In this document: positions 1 to 8,379 of the stretch, piece after piece
Layout of the letters: every line of letters begins with the position of its first letter
Position numbering within the stretch: the stretch's first letter is position 1
NCBI GenBank assembly: GCA_042218065.1
Contig: JBDGRL010000002.1
Location: forward strand, 15,539-79,538
Source: Candidatus Magasanikiibacteriota bacterium
Lineage (GTDB): Bacteria; Patescibacteriota; Patescibacteriia; Magasanikbacterales; UBA922
Direction of reading: 5' to 3'
DNA length: 64,000 nt
The notes under the pieces: generated by a model
Databases searched by the model: none
What the model was told of the DNA's origin: nothing
The model's input: the letters and a program-made list of their open reading frames with translations, nothing else
Position numbers and translations under genes: made by a program

Positions 1-344
1 ATTTTATTAATATTCTTCTTATTGTCTGGACCAGAAGTGCAAAAACATTTTTTCATCTCTTTTGATTTATTTTTTAACCATTCACTATATTCCTTTCTTT
101 TATTCTTAGAAGCATACATTTTACAATCCACCAAAGAAAAATCAATTACAAATCTTTTTTGAGCATACTTTCTCATATTCTTCTTGCCTTGAGTGCAATT
201 TCTTACTTTTTTAGTGCTGCGTATAGTTGAGTTTTTTTCAGGAATTTTACAGTAGCAAAAACCGGCTGAATAAGTTATATCAGGTAAAAATAAAAAATAA
301 AATAATGAAAATATAAGTATAGTTTTTGAAAACCTATTGGACAT
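1..344 (-). CDS. Partial secreted Cys-rich protein, probably pilin-like (runs off window start)
   Basis: Not in the ORF track. ATG at 344 gives MSNRFSKTILIFSLFIFLFLPDITYSAGFCYCKIPEK...KKCFCTSG, with a signal peptide and CxC motifs like the adjacent gene. Confidence 0.6.
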   Translation of the reverse strand, partial: MSNRFSKTILIFSLFYFLFLPDITYSAGFCYCKIPEKNSTIRSTKKVRNCTQGKKNMRKYAQKRFVIDFSLVDCKMYASKNKRKEYSEWLKNKSKEMKKCFCTSGPDNKKNINK

Positions 345-354
345 TACATACTGC

Positions 355-876
355 TTAAAAAGCCTGCATAACAAAACTAACCAGTGCATAGCTGGCAAAT
401 ATTGCTACCAAGCCTAAGGAAGACCACAGGATTGTTTTTAATCCTTGTAGATATCTGTCGGATTGACCTTCTGAAGTCATGATAAGCAATCCTCCATAGA
501 TGAACATTACTAGACCAACTGTGCCTACTACCTGTAGGAGTATTTTTATTACTCTTCCTACTGCTTGACTTGCTGCTTGTGTGCTGGTTGTTTTTGTTTC
601 TTGGAATTTATTTAAATTCTCTAATCTGTTCTCCACTCCTTTTGTAATAGGGTTTTTAACTGTTTCTGTATTTTCTTTTGATTTACTCCAACTACAGCTT
701 TGAAAAACAGGGGATTTTTTTTCATTCTCTTTGCATTGTTTTTCGTTCTCAGCAGAAGTTACCAACTCTTTACCATTTTTCTTCTCACACATGCATTTTT
801 CTTGAGCAGAAGCAACACCAGAAAGAAATAAAAAAATAAACAAAAACAATGAAAAAAAAGTAATTTTTTTAAGCAT
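355..876 (-). CDS. CPR-type TrbC/VirB2-like pilin with N-terminal Cys-rich domain
   Basis: Signal peptide, CxC..C..C domain, C-terminal two-TM pilin signature (VGRVIKILLQVVG...MFIYGGLLIMTSEG...KTILWSSLGLVAIFASYALVSFV). Confidence 0.75.
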   Translation of the reverse strand: MLKKITFFSLFLFIFLFLSGVASAQEKCMCEKKNGKELVTSAENEKQCKENEKKSPVFQSCSWSKSKENTETVKNPITKGVENRLENLNKFQETKTTSTQAASQAVGRVIKILLQVVGTVGLVMFIYGGLLIMTSEGQSDRYLQGLKTILWSSLGLVAIFASYALVSFVMQAF

Positions 877-886
877 ATGAAATAAC

Positions 887-1744
887 CTAATTAATTAGGC
901 CTTTCTTTTTAGCGAAATGCATCTCCGCTTTCAGCATTGCTTCAGGGTTTCCAGTATCAAAATACTCTCCTTCATATTCATACGCATAAAATGGAGCACC
1001 TTCATTTAACATTCGGTTTGCAGCATCGGAAACCCATATTTCATCATCCTTACCTCTGTCTTGAGTCTCTAAATACTTCCAGATCTCATTCGTGAAGATA
1101 TAGCGCATACCTGCAATTATTATACCATGATCAGAAACATTATCCATATCTGGTTTTTCAACTAACTTATCTACTTTATAAGTTCTGTCTTCATCTGTAG
1201 AACTTACATATACATTACCATATTTAGTCATCTCTTGCTTATCTTCTAATTTCTGCACTCCTATAACACATTCTTGAGTTTCATGATAAGCATTGAGCAT
1301 CTGCTTAACTGGAGGAGTGTCATAATCAATTACGCTATCCCCATCAGAGAAAGCAAACGATTCGTCTCCTACAAACCTTTTTGCTTGTAAAAGAGCATGT
1401 CCGTTACCTAAAGGACGTGATTGTCTGGTGTAATAAAAGTCTACATCTTCACAAACATCAATGACAGATTGTATCCTATCTTTTTTACCTTCTTTTTCAA
1501 GATATTCTTCATAATCATAATCCCTGTCAAAATGATCCTCGACTGCATTCTTGTTTGAACTAGTCACTAATAAAATATCTTCAATTCCACTTTCCGCCAT
1601 CTCCTCTACAATATATTGAAGAACGGGTTTACCCAAGACGGGTAACATTTCTTTTGGCATGGCTTTTGTTGCCGGTAAAAAACGAGTACCAAGACCAGCC
1701 GCAGTAATTACTCCTTTTTTAACTTCTTTTTGGTAAGCAGACAT
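887..1744 (-). CDS. galU: UTP--glucose-1-phosphate uridylyltransferase
   Basis: AAGLGTRFLPATKAMPKEMLP, PLGNGHA, VEKP and DTGN motifs. Confidence 0.95.
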   Translation of the reverse strand: MSAYQKEVKKGVITAAGLGTRFLPATKAMPKEMLPVLGKPVLQYIVEEMAESGIEDILLVTSSNKNAVEDHFDRDYDYEEYLEKEGKKDRIQSVIDVCEDVDFYYTRQSRPLGNGHALLQAKRFVGDESFAFSDGDSVIDYDTPPVKQMLNAYHETQECVIGVQKLEDKQEMTKYGNVYVSSTDEDRTYKVDKLVEKPDMDNVSDHGIIIAGMRYIFTNEIWKYLETQDRGKDDEIWVSDAANRMLNEGAPFYAYEYEGEYFDTGNPEAMLKAEMHFAKKKGLIN

Positions 1745-1840
1745 GATTTATTGTGTTATTAAAATTTTAATTTATATGTTTTTATTAGCTTCAATGTTAT
1801 TGAAGGATACCATTTTAAAGAATAGTTTCAACTTTTATTA

Positions 1841-1868
1841 AAAATACCCGCCTCTCGGCGGGTATTTT
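1841..1868. terminator. Rho-independent terminator after rpsF-ssb-rpsR
   Basis: AAAATACCCGCC-TCTC-GGCGGGTATTTT perfect hairpin with A/T tails. Confidence 0.85.
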
Positions 1869-1888
1869 ATAACTCAATTATTATGTAC

Positions 1889-2113
1889 TTATTGTCTAGT
1901 ATCGTAGGGAAGCAAGCCAGCTTGTCTAGCCTTTTTTATAGCAGTCGAAATATCTCTTTGATGCTTAGCACAAATACCAGTACGCTCTCTTGGTCTTATC
2001 TTTAGGTTTGTAGTCAGAAATCTTTTTAATAAATCTACATCACGATAATTAATCTCAAGCTGGTTTGCATCAAAGAAGCATTCATTTTTATCTAACTCTT
2101 CAAGTGTTTTCAT
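1889..2113 (-). CDS. rpsR: 30S ribosomal protein S18
   Basis: INYRDVDLLKRFLT..KIRPRERTGICAKHQR..AIKKARQAGLLPY; rpsF-ssb-rpsR synteny. Confidence 0.97.
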   Translation of the reverse strand: MKTLEELDKNECFFDANQLEINYRDVDLLKRFLTTNLKIRPRERTGICAKHQRDISTAIKKARQAGLLPYDTRQ

Positions 2114-2144
2114 ATTCTCTAAATTATCTTAATTAATTTTAAAA

Positions 2145-2624
2145 TTAAAATGGAATATCTTCTACTTCAATTTCTTCTTCATCTTGTTCTCCAGGTCCGC
2201 CACCTGACTGATTTTGTGGTTGTTGCGGCTGACCTCCGCTTTGTTGTTGGGACTGTTGAGGGGGTGGTGGCTGCCCTTGACCTTGAGACTGACCCTGCTC
2301 TCCTCCAAGCATAATTAAATTGTTTACCACTATCTCTGTTCTATATCTCTTTACTCCGTCATCGCCCGTCCAGTCTCGTGTCTGTAATCTGCCTTCACAA
2401 TAAACTCTCCTACCTTTTGAAAGATATTGTCCAGCTATTTCTGCTAATTTACCCCAAATTACACAATTGTGAAACTCAGTCCTTTCTTGTTGTTCTCCAT
2501 TATCATCGGTCCAAACTCGGTTTGTAGCTACAGTCATGTTAGCTACACTTCTGCCTGAAGGCGTGCTTCTAAGTTCTGGATCCTGCGTCAATCTACCTAA
2601 AATTGTAGCCCTATTCAGGTCCAT
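2145..2624 (-). CDS. ssb: Single-stranded DNA-binding protein
   Basis: LGRLTQDPELRSTPSG OB fold, Gln/Gly linker, C-terminal EDIPF. Confidence 0.98.
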   Translation of the reverse strand: MDLNRATILGRLTQDPELRSTPSGRSVANMTVATNRVWTDDNGEQQERTEFHNCVIWGKLAEIAGQYLSKGRRVYCEGRLQTRDWTGDDGVKRYRTEIVVNNLIMLGGEQGQSQGQGQPPPPQQSQQQSGGQPQQPQNQSGGGPGEQDEEEIEVEDIPF

Positions 2625-2665
2625 AAAATAAAATTAATGTGAATTATGTGTTTATTATAACACAA

Positions 2666-3247
2666 TTACACATCTGATAAATCTTCGTCATCATCTAAAA
2701 TATCATCCAACTTATCGTCTATTTCTTCTATTGAAACATCTTCATCTTCTTCGGTTTCTGTTCGTTTGTCAACGTCTTCATCCTCCTCAGTAGCTTCATC
2801 TTCTTCGGCTTCCTCTTTTTGACTAGAATCTGTTTTAGTTTCATCGACGTCCTCTTGTTTTTTTTCAAAATATTCTTCTTTTTCATCAATCCACTCGAGT
2901 ATCTCATCTCTGTTTTTAATGGATTTTATCTCATTAATTTCTCTTCTTTTTTCTTTTTGTTCAGGATCAACCTGTTCAATCATGGCTCTTAGTAGACTTG
3001 ATATTTTGTTCAACTCCTCTTGAAGCTGGTCGTTATTAGATGGTTCTAAATTATAGTTAAATAAGAAATAATAACCATACTTAATGCCGTCCATTTGGTA
3101 TGACATCTTTGTTTTACCCAAATCTCTAACATCTAAATTTTCAGCACCTAAATCTTTTAATATGTCTTTTACTTTTTCTAGTTCCGGCTCCAATTCGGTC
3201 TCTGTCAAAGTTCCGGGCAAAACAGTTAATAGTTCATATTGTTTCAT
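2666..3247 (-). CDS. rpsF: 30S ribosomal protein S6 with long acidic tail
   Basis: MKQYELLTVL...LGKTKMSYQM..IKYGYY S6 fold; operon position. Confidence 0.9.
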   Translation of the reverse strand: MKQYELLTVLPGTLTETELEPELEKVKDILKDLGAENLDVRDLGKTKMSYQMDGIKYGYYFLFNYNLEPSNNDQLQEELNKISSLLRAMIEQVDPEQKEKRREINEIKSIKNRDEILEWIDEKEEYFEKKQEDVDETKTDSSQKEEAEEDEATEEDEDVDKRTETEEDEDVSIEEIDDKLDDILDDDEDLSDV

Positions 3248-3315
3248 AAATCTTTAATTTAGTTATACAAGTGGAAGTAATATAGGAAATTTTTTTATTT
3301 TTGTCAACAACTTTA

Positions 3316-4002
3316 TTAAGCACCAAAGTTTCTTTCTCTAGTGTTAAAGAACTCAATAGCTTCATCCAGGTCTTTTTGGTCAAAAGCGGGCCAAAGAGTA
3401 TCAGTAAAAAAGTACTCAGCATAAGCAGCTTGCCAAATTAGGAAATTAGAGATTCTTTTCCTAGCACCAGTTCTTATCAACAAATCAACAGGAGGCATAT
3501 CACCTGTATCAAGAAAATCACCAAAGGTTCCCTCATCTAAGTCTTCAGGCTTTACGTCAGACTCCATAACCCTCCTTGCAGCCCTGGTAATCTCATCTCT
3601 ACCTCCATAATTTATAGCTAAAGTTAAAGTTAAGCTTTCATTCTCTTTGGTTTCTTCTTCTACTTTTTGTATTGTCTCTCTGGTATCTTCTGGTATTTTG
3701 CTTAAATCTCCAATCGTGTTTAATTTTACGTCATTTTCTAACAACTCATCCAGGTGATTAATCAATCTTTCAAATAAAGAAAAGAGGTGGTTCAACTCTC
3801 TCTCACTTCTTTCTTTTAAATTTTCAGTAGATAAAGCAAAGACCGTCAAATAAGGTATATCCTCTTCTAAAACAAGCTCACCTACATCTTTTAAGTTTTT
3901 ACCTCCTTCAGTATGTCCTTTTAATTTAGGTAACCCTTTACTTTTCGCCCATCTCCTGTTTCCATCCATGATTATTGCTAAATGTTTTAATTGATTGCTC
4001 AT
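3316..4002 (-). CDS. uppS: Undecaprenyl diphosphate synthase
   Basis: HLAIIMDGNRRWAK, FALSTEN, NYGGRDEI, DLLIRTG..RISNFLIWQ. Confidence 0.96.
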   Translation of the reverse strand: MSNQLKHLAIIMDGNRRWAKSKGLPKLKGHTEGGKNLKDVGELVLEEDIPYLTVFALSTENLKERSERELNHLFSLFERLINHLDELLENDVKLNTIGDLSKIPEDTRETIQKVEEETKENESLTLTLAINYGGRDEITRAARRVMESDVKPEDLDEGTFGDFLDTGDMPPVDLLIRTGARKRISNFLIWQAAYAEYFFTDTLWPAFDQKDLDEAIEFFNTRERNFGA

Positions 4003-4102
4003 ATTTTTTTATTTGATCTTTACACAAAGATAAGGATAGTGAAAAAGATTGAAAAAAGCAAGTTTTTGTGCTACAATTGTGTTTGTAAAATACAAGATAC
4101 AA

Positions 4103-4186
4103 GCCGCGGTGGTGGAATTTGGTAGACACGGGGGATTTAAGATCCTCTGGGCTTTGCCTGTGCGGGTTCGAATCCCGCCCGCGGCA
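4103..4186 (+). tRNA. tRNA-Leu (TAA)
   Basis: Acceptor GCCGCGG/CCGCGGC, anticodon arm GGGGA-TTTAAGA-TCCTC, long variable arm, GGTTCGAATCC; CCA not encoded. Confidence 0.95.
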
Positions 4187-4191
4187 CAAGT

Positions 4192-4264
4192 TGTGGATAA
4201 TTCTGTGTGTAACCTCCTTCTAATGTGGATAAATAAGGGTGATTTCCACAATTTCTGTGTATAA
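4192..4264. promoter_or_regulatory. DnaA-box cluster
   Basis: TGTGGATAA at 4192 and 4224, TGTGTATAA at 4256, degenerate TGTGTGTAA at 4204 and TTTCCACA at 4243. Confidence 0.7.
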
Positions 4265-4363
4265 CTTGCCCTTAGAAGGCTGGTCATTATCAACAATCTC
4301 TAGATTGTAAAAATGATAAAAGTTTTATATAATTAACCTACTTAATAAATAATTCAAAAAAAT

Positions 4364-4609
4364 ATGGGAGAAATAAGTAAAGAAGAGCTTGAAAAAGAAA
4401 AGAAGCTAATATTAAAAAAATTAATCGATCACGCTGAATACAGTCCAAAACTGGAAGAAAAAATTAAAGCTAAATTTGAAGACTTAGGTGATGATGTAGA
4501 CGATAGTGTTCATGAGGTAGAACAGATGGAAGTGGAAACTACTGTGGTTTCTTTGCTTTTCGATAGACTTGAAGATATAAACAAAAAACTAGAACAAAAA
4601 GAAAAATAA
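4364..4609 (+). CDS. DksA/TraR-like coiled-coil protein lacking the C4 zinc finger
   Basis: LGDDVDDSVHEV acidic tip followed by a helix ending LEDINKKL; directly upstream of lspA; no Cys residues. Confidence 0.5.
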   Translation: MGEISKEELEKEKKLILKKLIDHAEYSPKLEEKIKAKFEDLGDDVDDSVHEVEQMEVETTVVSLLFDRLEDINKKLEQKEK

Positions 4610-4619
4610 TTATAATAAA

Positions 4620-5075
4620 TTGCTCCAAGGAGATACACTCAAAAAAACCCGCCCAAGTTACTATCTTCTTGTTGGCGGTGTTTTTTTAATTATTGATCAA
4701 TTTTTAAAATTCTTAGCAAGAACTCATACAAATTATAGTTACTATCTCTATAAGCCATGGGTCGGCTGGGAGTATTTTGAAAACACAGGTATAGCATTTG
4801 GTTTAAATATACCGACCTGGTTTTTAATTATCATAACTCCAATTATACTTGTTTTATTTGTACATTTATTTTTAGAAAAGTCCTTCCTTGCAAAAACAGG
4901 TATCTTGAGTTTACTTTTACCGGGTGCCATTTCAAATTTTATAGATAGAATTTTATTTGGAGTTACGATAGATTATCTGAGATTTTTTACAACTCTATTT
5001 AACATAGCTGATGTCTTAATAATATCCGGAATTTTAATCTTAATATTTCATTACCTTAACAAAGAAGAAGGGTAA
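4620..5075 (+). CDS. lspA: Lipoprotein signal peptidase II
   Basis: DQFLK, NTGIAFG, GAISNFIDR, DY, FNIADV motifs. Confidence 0.95.
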   Translation: MLQGDTLKKTRPSYYLLVGGVFLIIDQFLKFLARTHTNYSYYLYKPWVGWEYFENTGIAFGLNIPTWFLIIITPIILVLFVHLFLEKSFLAKTGILSLLLPGAISNFIDRILFGVTIDYLRFFTTLFNIADVLIISGILILIFHYLNKEEG

Positions 5076-5096
5076 ATTTTATATAAATTAAATCCA

Positions 5097-6614
5097 ATGT
5101 TTTCTAATCTAAAATCAGCCACAGTTATAGGTTTAGAATGTCGTTCGGTTTCTATAGAAGTGGATATCTCAGGTAGCTGGCCCGCTTTTCAGATAATAGG
5201 ACTACCAAATACCGCAGTTCAAGAAGCAAAAGAAAGAATACGGGTAGCCTGGAGAAACAGCGGCTACTCTTTCCCTAATAACAAAAGAATTATAATCAAT
5301 TTAGCTCCTGCAGATGTACGAAAACAAGGAACAGCCTTTGATTTACCTATGGCGTTAGGTTTATTTTTAGCAGAAAAACAAATAGATATAGATCTCTCAA
5401 ACTGTTTATTTACCGGAGAACTAGCTTTAAATGGACAAGTTAGACATACGAAAGGAGTGCTTCCTTTAGCAATTTTTGCTAAAGAACAAGGTATAGAAAA
5501 TCTTTTCGTCCCACAAGCAAATGCAGAAGAGGCAGCGGTTATCGAAGATATAAATGTCTTTCCTGTAGAAAATCTAAAACAAATATTAGATCATATAACC
5601 AAAAAAGAGAAGATTGAATCTGTAAACAGAAAAAACAAAGAAAATTTATTAGAATACAACGACCATCAGATTGATATATCAGAAATAAAAGGTCAAAGTT
5701 TCGCCAAAAGAGCACTAGAGATATCAGCGAGCGGATCTCACAATGTTTTATTAGAGGGTCCGCCGGGCGCAGGAAAAACCATGCTTGCAAAATCTTTTCC
5801 TTCTATTTTACCAAAGCTAACTGTAAGTGAGGCTATAGATGTAACAAAAGTCTACTCAGTAGCAGAAGAGCTTCCAGAGGATAAACCTATGATTACCAAA
5901 AGACAGTTTCGGGCACCTCATCACTCAGCCAGCTCTTCTTCTTTGGTGGGGGGAGGAAGGTACCCTTCACCTGGAGAAATATCTCTAGCTCATCGTGGTG
6001 TATTATTTTTAGATGAATTCCCAGAATTTCCACGAGATGCAATCGAAAACCTTAGACAACCTCTAGAAGAAGGTCAAGTCACCATTTCTAGATCTGAGGG
6101 CAGACACACCTTCCCTGCTGATTTTATGCTTATTGCAAGCCAAAACCCTTGTCCTTGTGGGTTTGCAACAGATGAAGAAAAGTCATGCAACTGCACACCC
6201 GGTCAAATAAAAAGATATAACAAAAAAATTAGCGGACCAATAAAAGACAGAATCGATTTATATGTGGAAGTATCCAGAGTAAAATATGAAAAATTAAGCA
6301 AGGACACGAAAAAAGAAAAATCAAAAGAAGTCAAAAAAAGAGTAGAACAAGCAAGAGAAAGACAGCAAGAAAGATTTGAAGATGAGAATTACAATACAAA
6401 TAATGAAATGAGTAACGAAGATACAAATAAATACTGTCAAGTAAACCAAGAATCAGAACAACTTTTAAAACAAGCAGTAAATAAAATGAATCTAACTGCA
6501 AGAGGGTATCAGCGGGTCTTAAAAGTAGCTAGAACCATAGCAGACCTGGAACAATCGGAGGATATAGAAACTTCTCATGTAGCAGAGGCACTTCAATACA
6601 GAGATGATAAATAA
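5097..6614 (+). CDS. comM: ComM/YifB Mg-chelatase-like AAA ATPase
   Basis: IIGLP..AVQEAKERIR, NLAPADVRKQG, GPPGAGKT, PGEISLAHRGVLFLDE, NPCPCG. Confidence 0.95.
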   Translation: MFSNLKSATVIGLECRSVSIEVDISGSWPAFQIIGLPNTAVQEAKERIRVAWRNSGYSFPNNKRIIINLAPADVRKQGTAFDLPMALGLFLAEKQIDIDLSNCLFTGELALNGQVRHTKGVLPLAIFAKEQGIENLFVPQANAEEAAVIEDINVFPVENLKQILDHITKKEKIESVNRKNKENLLEYNDHQIDISEIKGQSFAKRALEISASGSHNVLLEGPPGAGKTMLAKSFPSILPKLTVSEAIDVTKVYSVAEELPEDKPMITKRQFRAPHHSASSSSLVGGGRYPSPGEISLAHRGVLFLDEFPEFPRDAIENLRQPLEEGQVTISRSEGRHTFPADFMLIASQNPCPCGFATDEEKSCNCTPGQIKRYNKKISGPIKDRIDLYVEVSRVKYEKLSKDTKKEKSKEVKKRVEQARERQQERFEDENYNTNNEMSNEDTNKYCQVNQESEQLLKQAVNKMNLTARGYQRVLKVARTIADLEQSEDIETSHVAEALQYRDDK

Positions 6615-6627
6615 AACTAGTATACAA

Positions 6628-8016
6628 TTAACGGATATATTTCAGAGGGTTTTTTCTTCGACCTCTTATCCTCACCTCAAAGTGTATATGAGGCCCGGTT
6701 GAACGCCCCGTAGACCCCATTGCAGCTACAGTATCACCTTGAGTTACCCTCTCACCCCTACTCACGTATAAACGGTAAGCATGAGCATATAAAGTCCTAA
6801 CTCCACCTCCATGATCTATCACCACATAACAACCATATCCACCATTCCAACCACAACTAGATCTCACCACTCTACCTGATTTAGATGCCAATAGGTCTGT
6901 TCCTCTTGGTCCTGCTATATCTAAACCAGTATGACGCCACCCAAAATATTGAGTTATATTATGCACGGTAGTCGGCCAGATATAACCTGAACCAGCAGGA
7001 GTATTAACAGAGCGGCTTGGAGAAGTAGCTTGTTGAACCGGGTTTTCCTCTGCTTCTGTTGTTTGCACTTCACTAGTTTCATCTTGAGTTTCGGTTCTAG
7101 TTTTTTCTCCATCAGGTACTATAAGCTTTTGTCCGACATTTATAGTTTGATTTTCCAGTTCATTATACTTCATTATCTTATCTACCTGAGCATCATACTT
7201 ATTAGCTATACCTTGTAAAGTATCCCCTGGACTAACTGTGTGTAAAACCCCGGAAACCGGTAAAATTTTCAGTGTATCCCCCGGCCTGATATATGAATTA
7301 TAACTAAGATCATTCGCCCAAAGAATGGTTCTGACACTTATACCATATCTATCGGCTATGCCACCCACTACATCGCCAGGTTTAACTGTATACTCAATTA
7401 TATCTTTCCTGTCGCTTTTCACTGAAGATGTAGCTATAGTCCTATAATTTCTATCAATAGAAGTGCCTGGTGGAATATTTGGTTTCATGATTGCAGTTCC
7501 ACCTATGTTGAACTTATTTAATTCTCTTTGATTTATACTTATCGAAGCAGAACTTAATTTCTTGGCTGCCACTACGCCTTGTCTCCATTTTGGGGTAATT
7601 TGAGTAACAGGGTTTGACCGCATCTTAATCTCTTCAATTTCAAAATTCTGATCACCGGGCCCAACTATAGAATAAAGTATAGTTTCTCTACCAGCTATAG
7701 AAGCAATATCCTTGTTGTATAACTTGCTGTGAGGAATGCTTACGACTACTGCTGCAATTAAAAAAATAACCTGCAAGGTGGATCTCTTCCCTAAAAAGCC
7801 GACAAAACCTTTATCTGTAGCAAACTTAAACTTTTCCGACCACTTTCCTAACCTTAATTTCCACTTGTAAAACCTAAAACCTAGCTTTTTCCTAATTATA
7901 TCAGACAAATACTCTATCAGGTTCCAAACCAATCCCAGCAACCAAAACAAAGCTTTTTTTACTAGCTTTAGTACTCTATATAGTAATAAAATTGTCTTGT
8001 AAAAATATATCTTCAT
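6628..8016 (-). CDS. LysM x2 / M23 peptidoglycan endopeptidase
   Basis: Two LysM repeats (YTVKPGD, HTVSPGD); M23 motifs HTGLD, YAH, STGPHIHFE. Confidence 0.92.
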   Translation of the reverse strand: MKIYFYKTILLLYRVLKLVKKALFWLLGLVWNLIEYLSDIIRKKLGFRFYKWKLRLGKWSEKFKFATDKGFVGFLGKRSTLQVIFLIAAVVVSIPHSKLYNKDIASIAGRETILYSIVGPGDQNFEIEEIKMRSNPVTQITPKWRQGVVAAKKLSSASISINQRELNKFNIGGTAIMKPNIPPGTSIDRNYRTIATSSVKSDRKDIIEYTVKPGDVVGGIADRYGISVRTILWANDLSYNSYIRPGDTLKILPVSGVLHTVSPGDTLQGIANKYDAQVDKIMKYNELENQTINVGQKLIVPDGEKTRTETQDETSEVQTTEAEENPVQQATSPSRSVNTPAGSGYIWPTTVHNITQYFGWRHTGLDIAGPRGTDLLASKSGRVVRSSCGWNGGYGCYVVIDHGGGVRTLYAHAYRLYVSRGERVTQGDTVAAMGSTGRSTGPHIHFEVRIRGRRKNPLKYIR

Positions 8017-8106
8017 TGTACCTGATTGGCTACATCTTCAGTATTATCAATAAATTTTGTGGTTTTGTCAATAATTATCACTTCAGACTGTTGAAATACT
8101 ATTCTA

Positions 8107-8180
8107 GCACGGATTCGAACACCTTCCGAGCCTCGCTGATCAGACAAGATGAGGCTTCGGCCCGGAAGATATTCTGCACC
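8107..8180 (-). ncRNA. Candidate structured cis-RNA upstream of the LysM/M23 gene
   Basis: GC-rich 12-bp stem (8163-8174/8117-8128) closes only on the minus strand, via two G-U pairs; inner 6-bp stem AGCCUC/GAGGCU. Confidence 0.45.
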
Positions 8181-8379
8181 CTTTGAAAATGTAAGTTTTT
8201 TAATGTTCTTAACACTTAGATCGCTGAAAATTTTTAAAAACCAAATTCGTATCATTTTATTTCTAAAATTCACTGGTCACAAACAACCTGTCTTTGTTTT
8301 TTTCACTAAAAAGTTTTTGACAAAAACACTTCCTCTTGTTATAATTCCCCTCAGACTTATCTAAATTAACCAAAATCAA

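Noticed and set aside
3938-4296. ORFs overlapping tRNA-Leu (likewise 17128-17684 over tRNA-Cys)
   Set aside because: Shadow frames across tRNA genes
8013-8273. 86-aa ORF, and a tRNA suggested by GTTCGAATCC on the minus strand
   Set aside because: The ORF has no recognisable features and spans promoter/leader DNA; the T-stem and cloverleaf do not form
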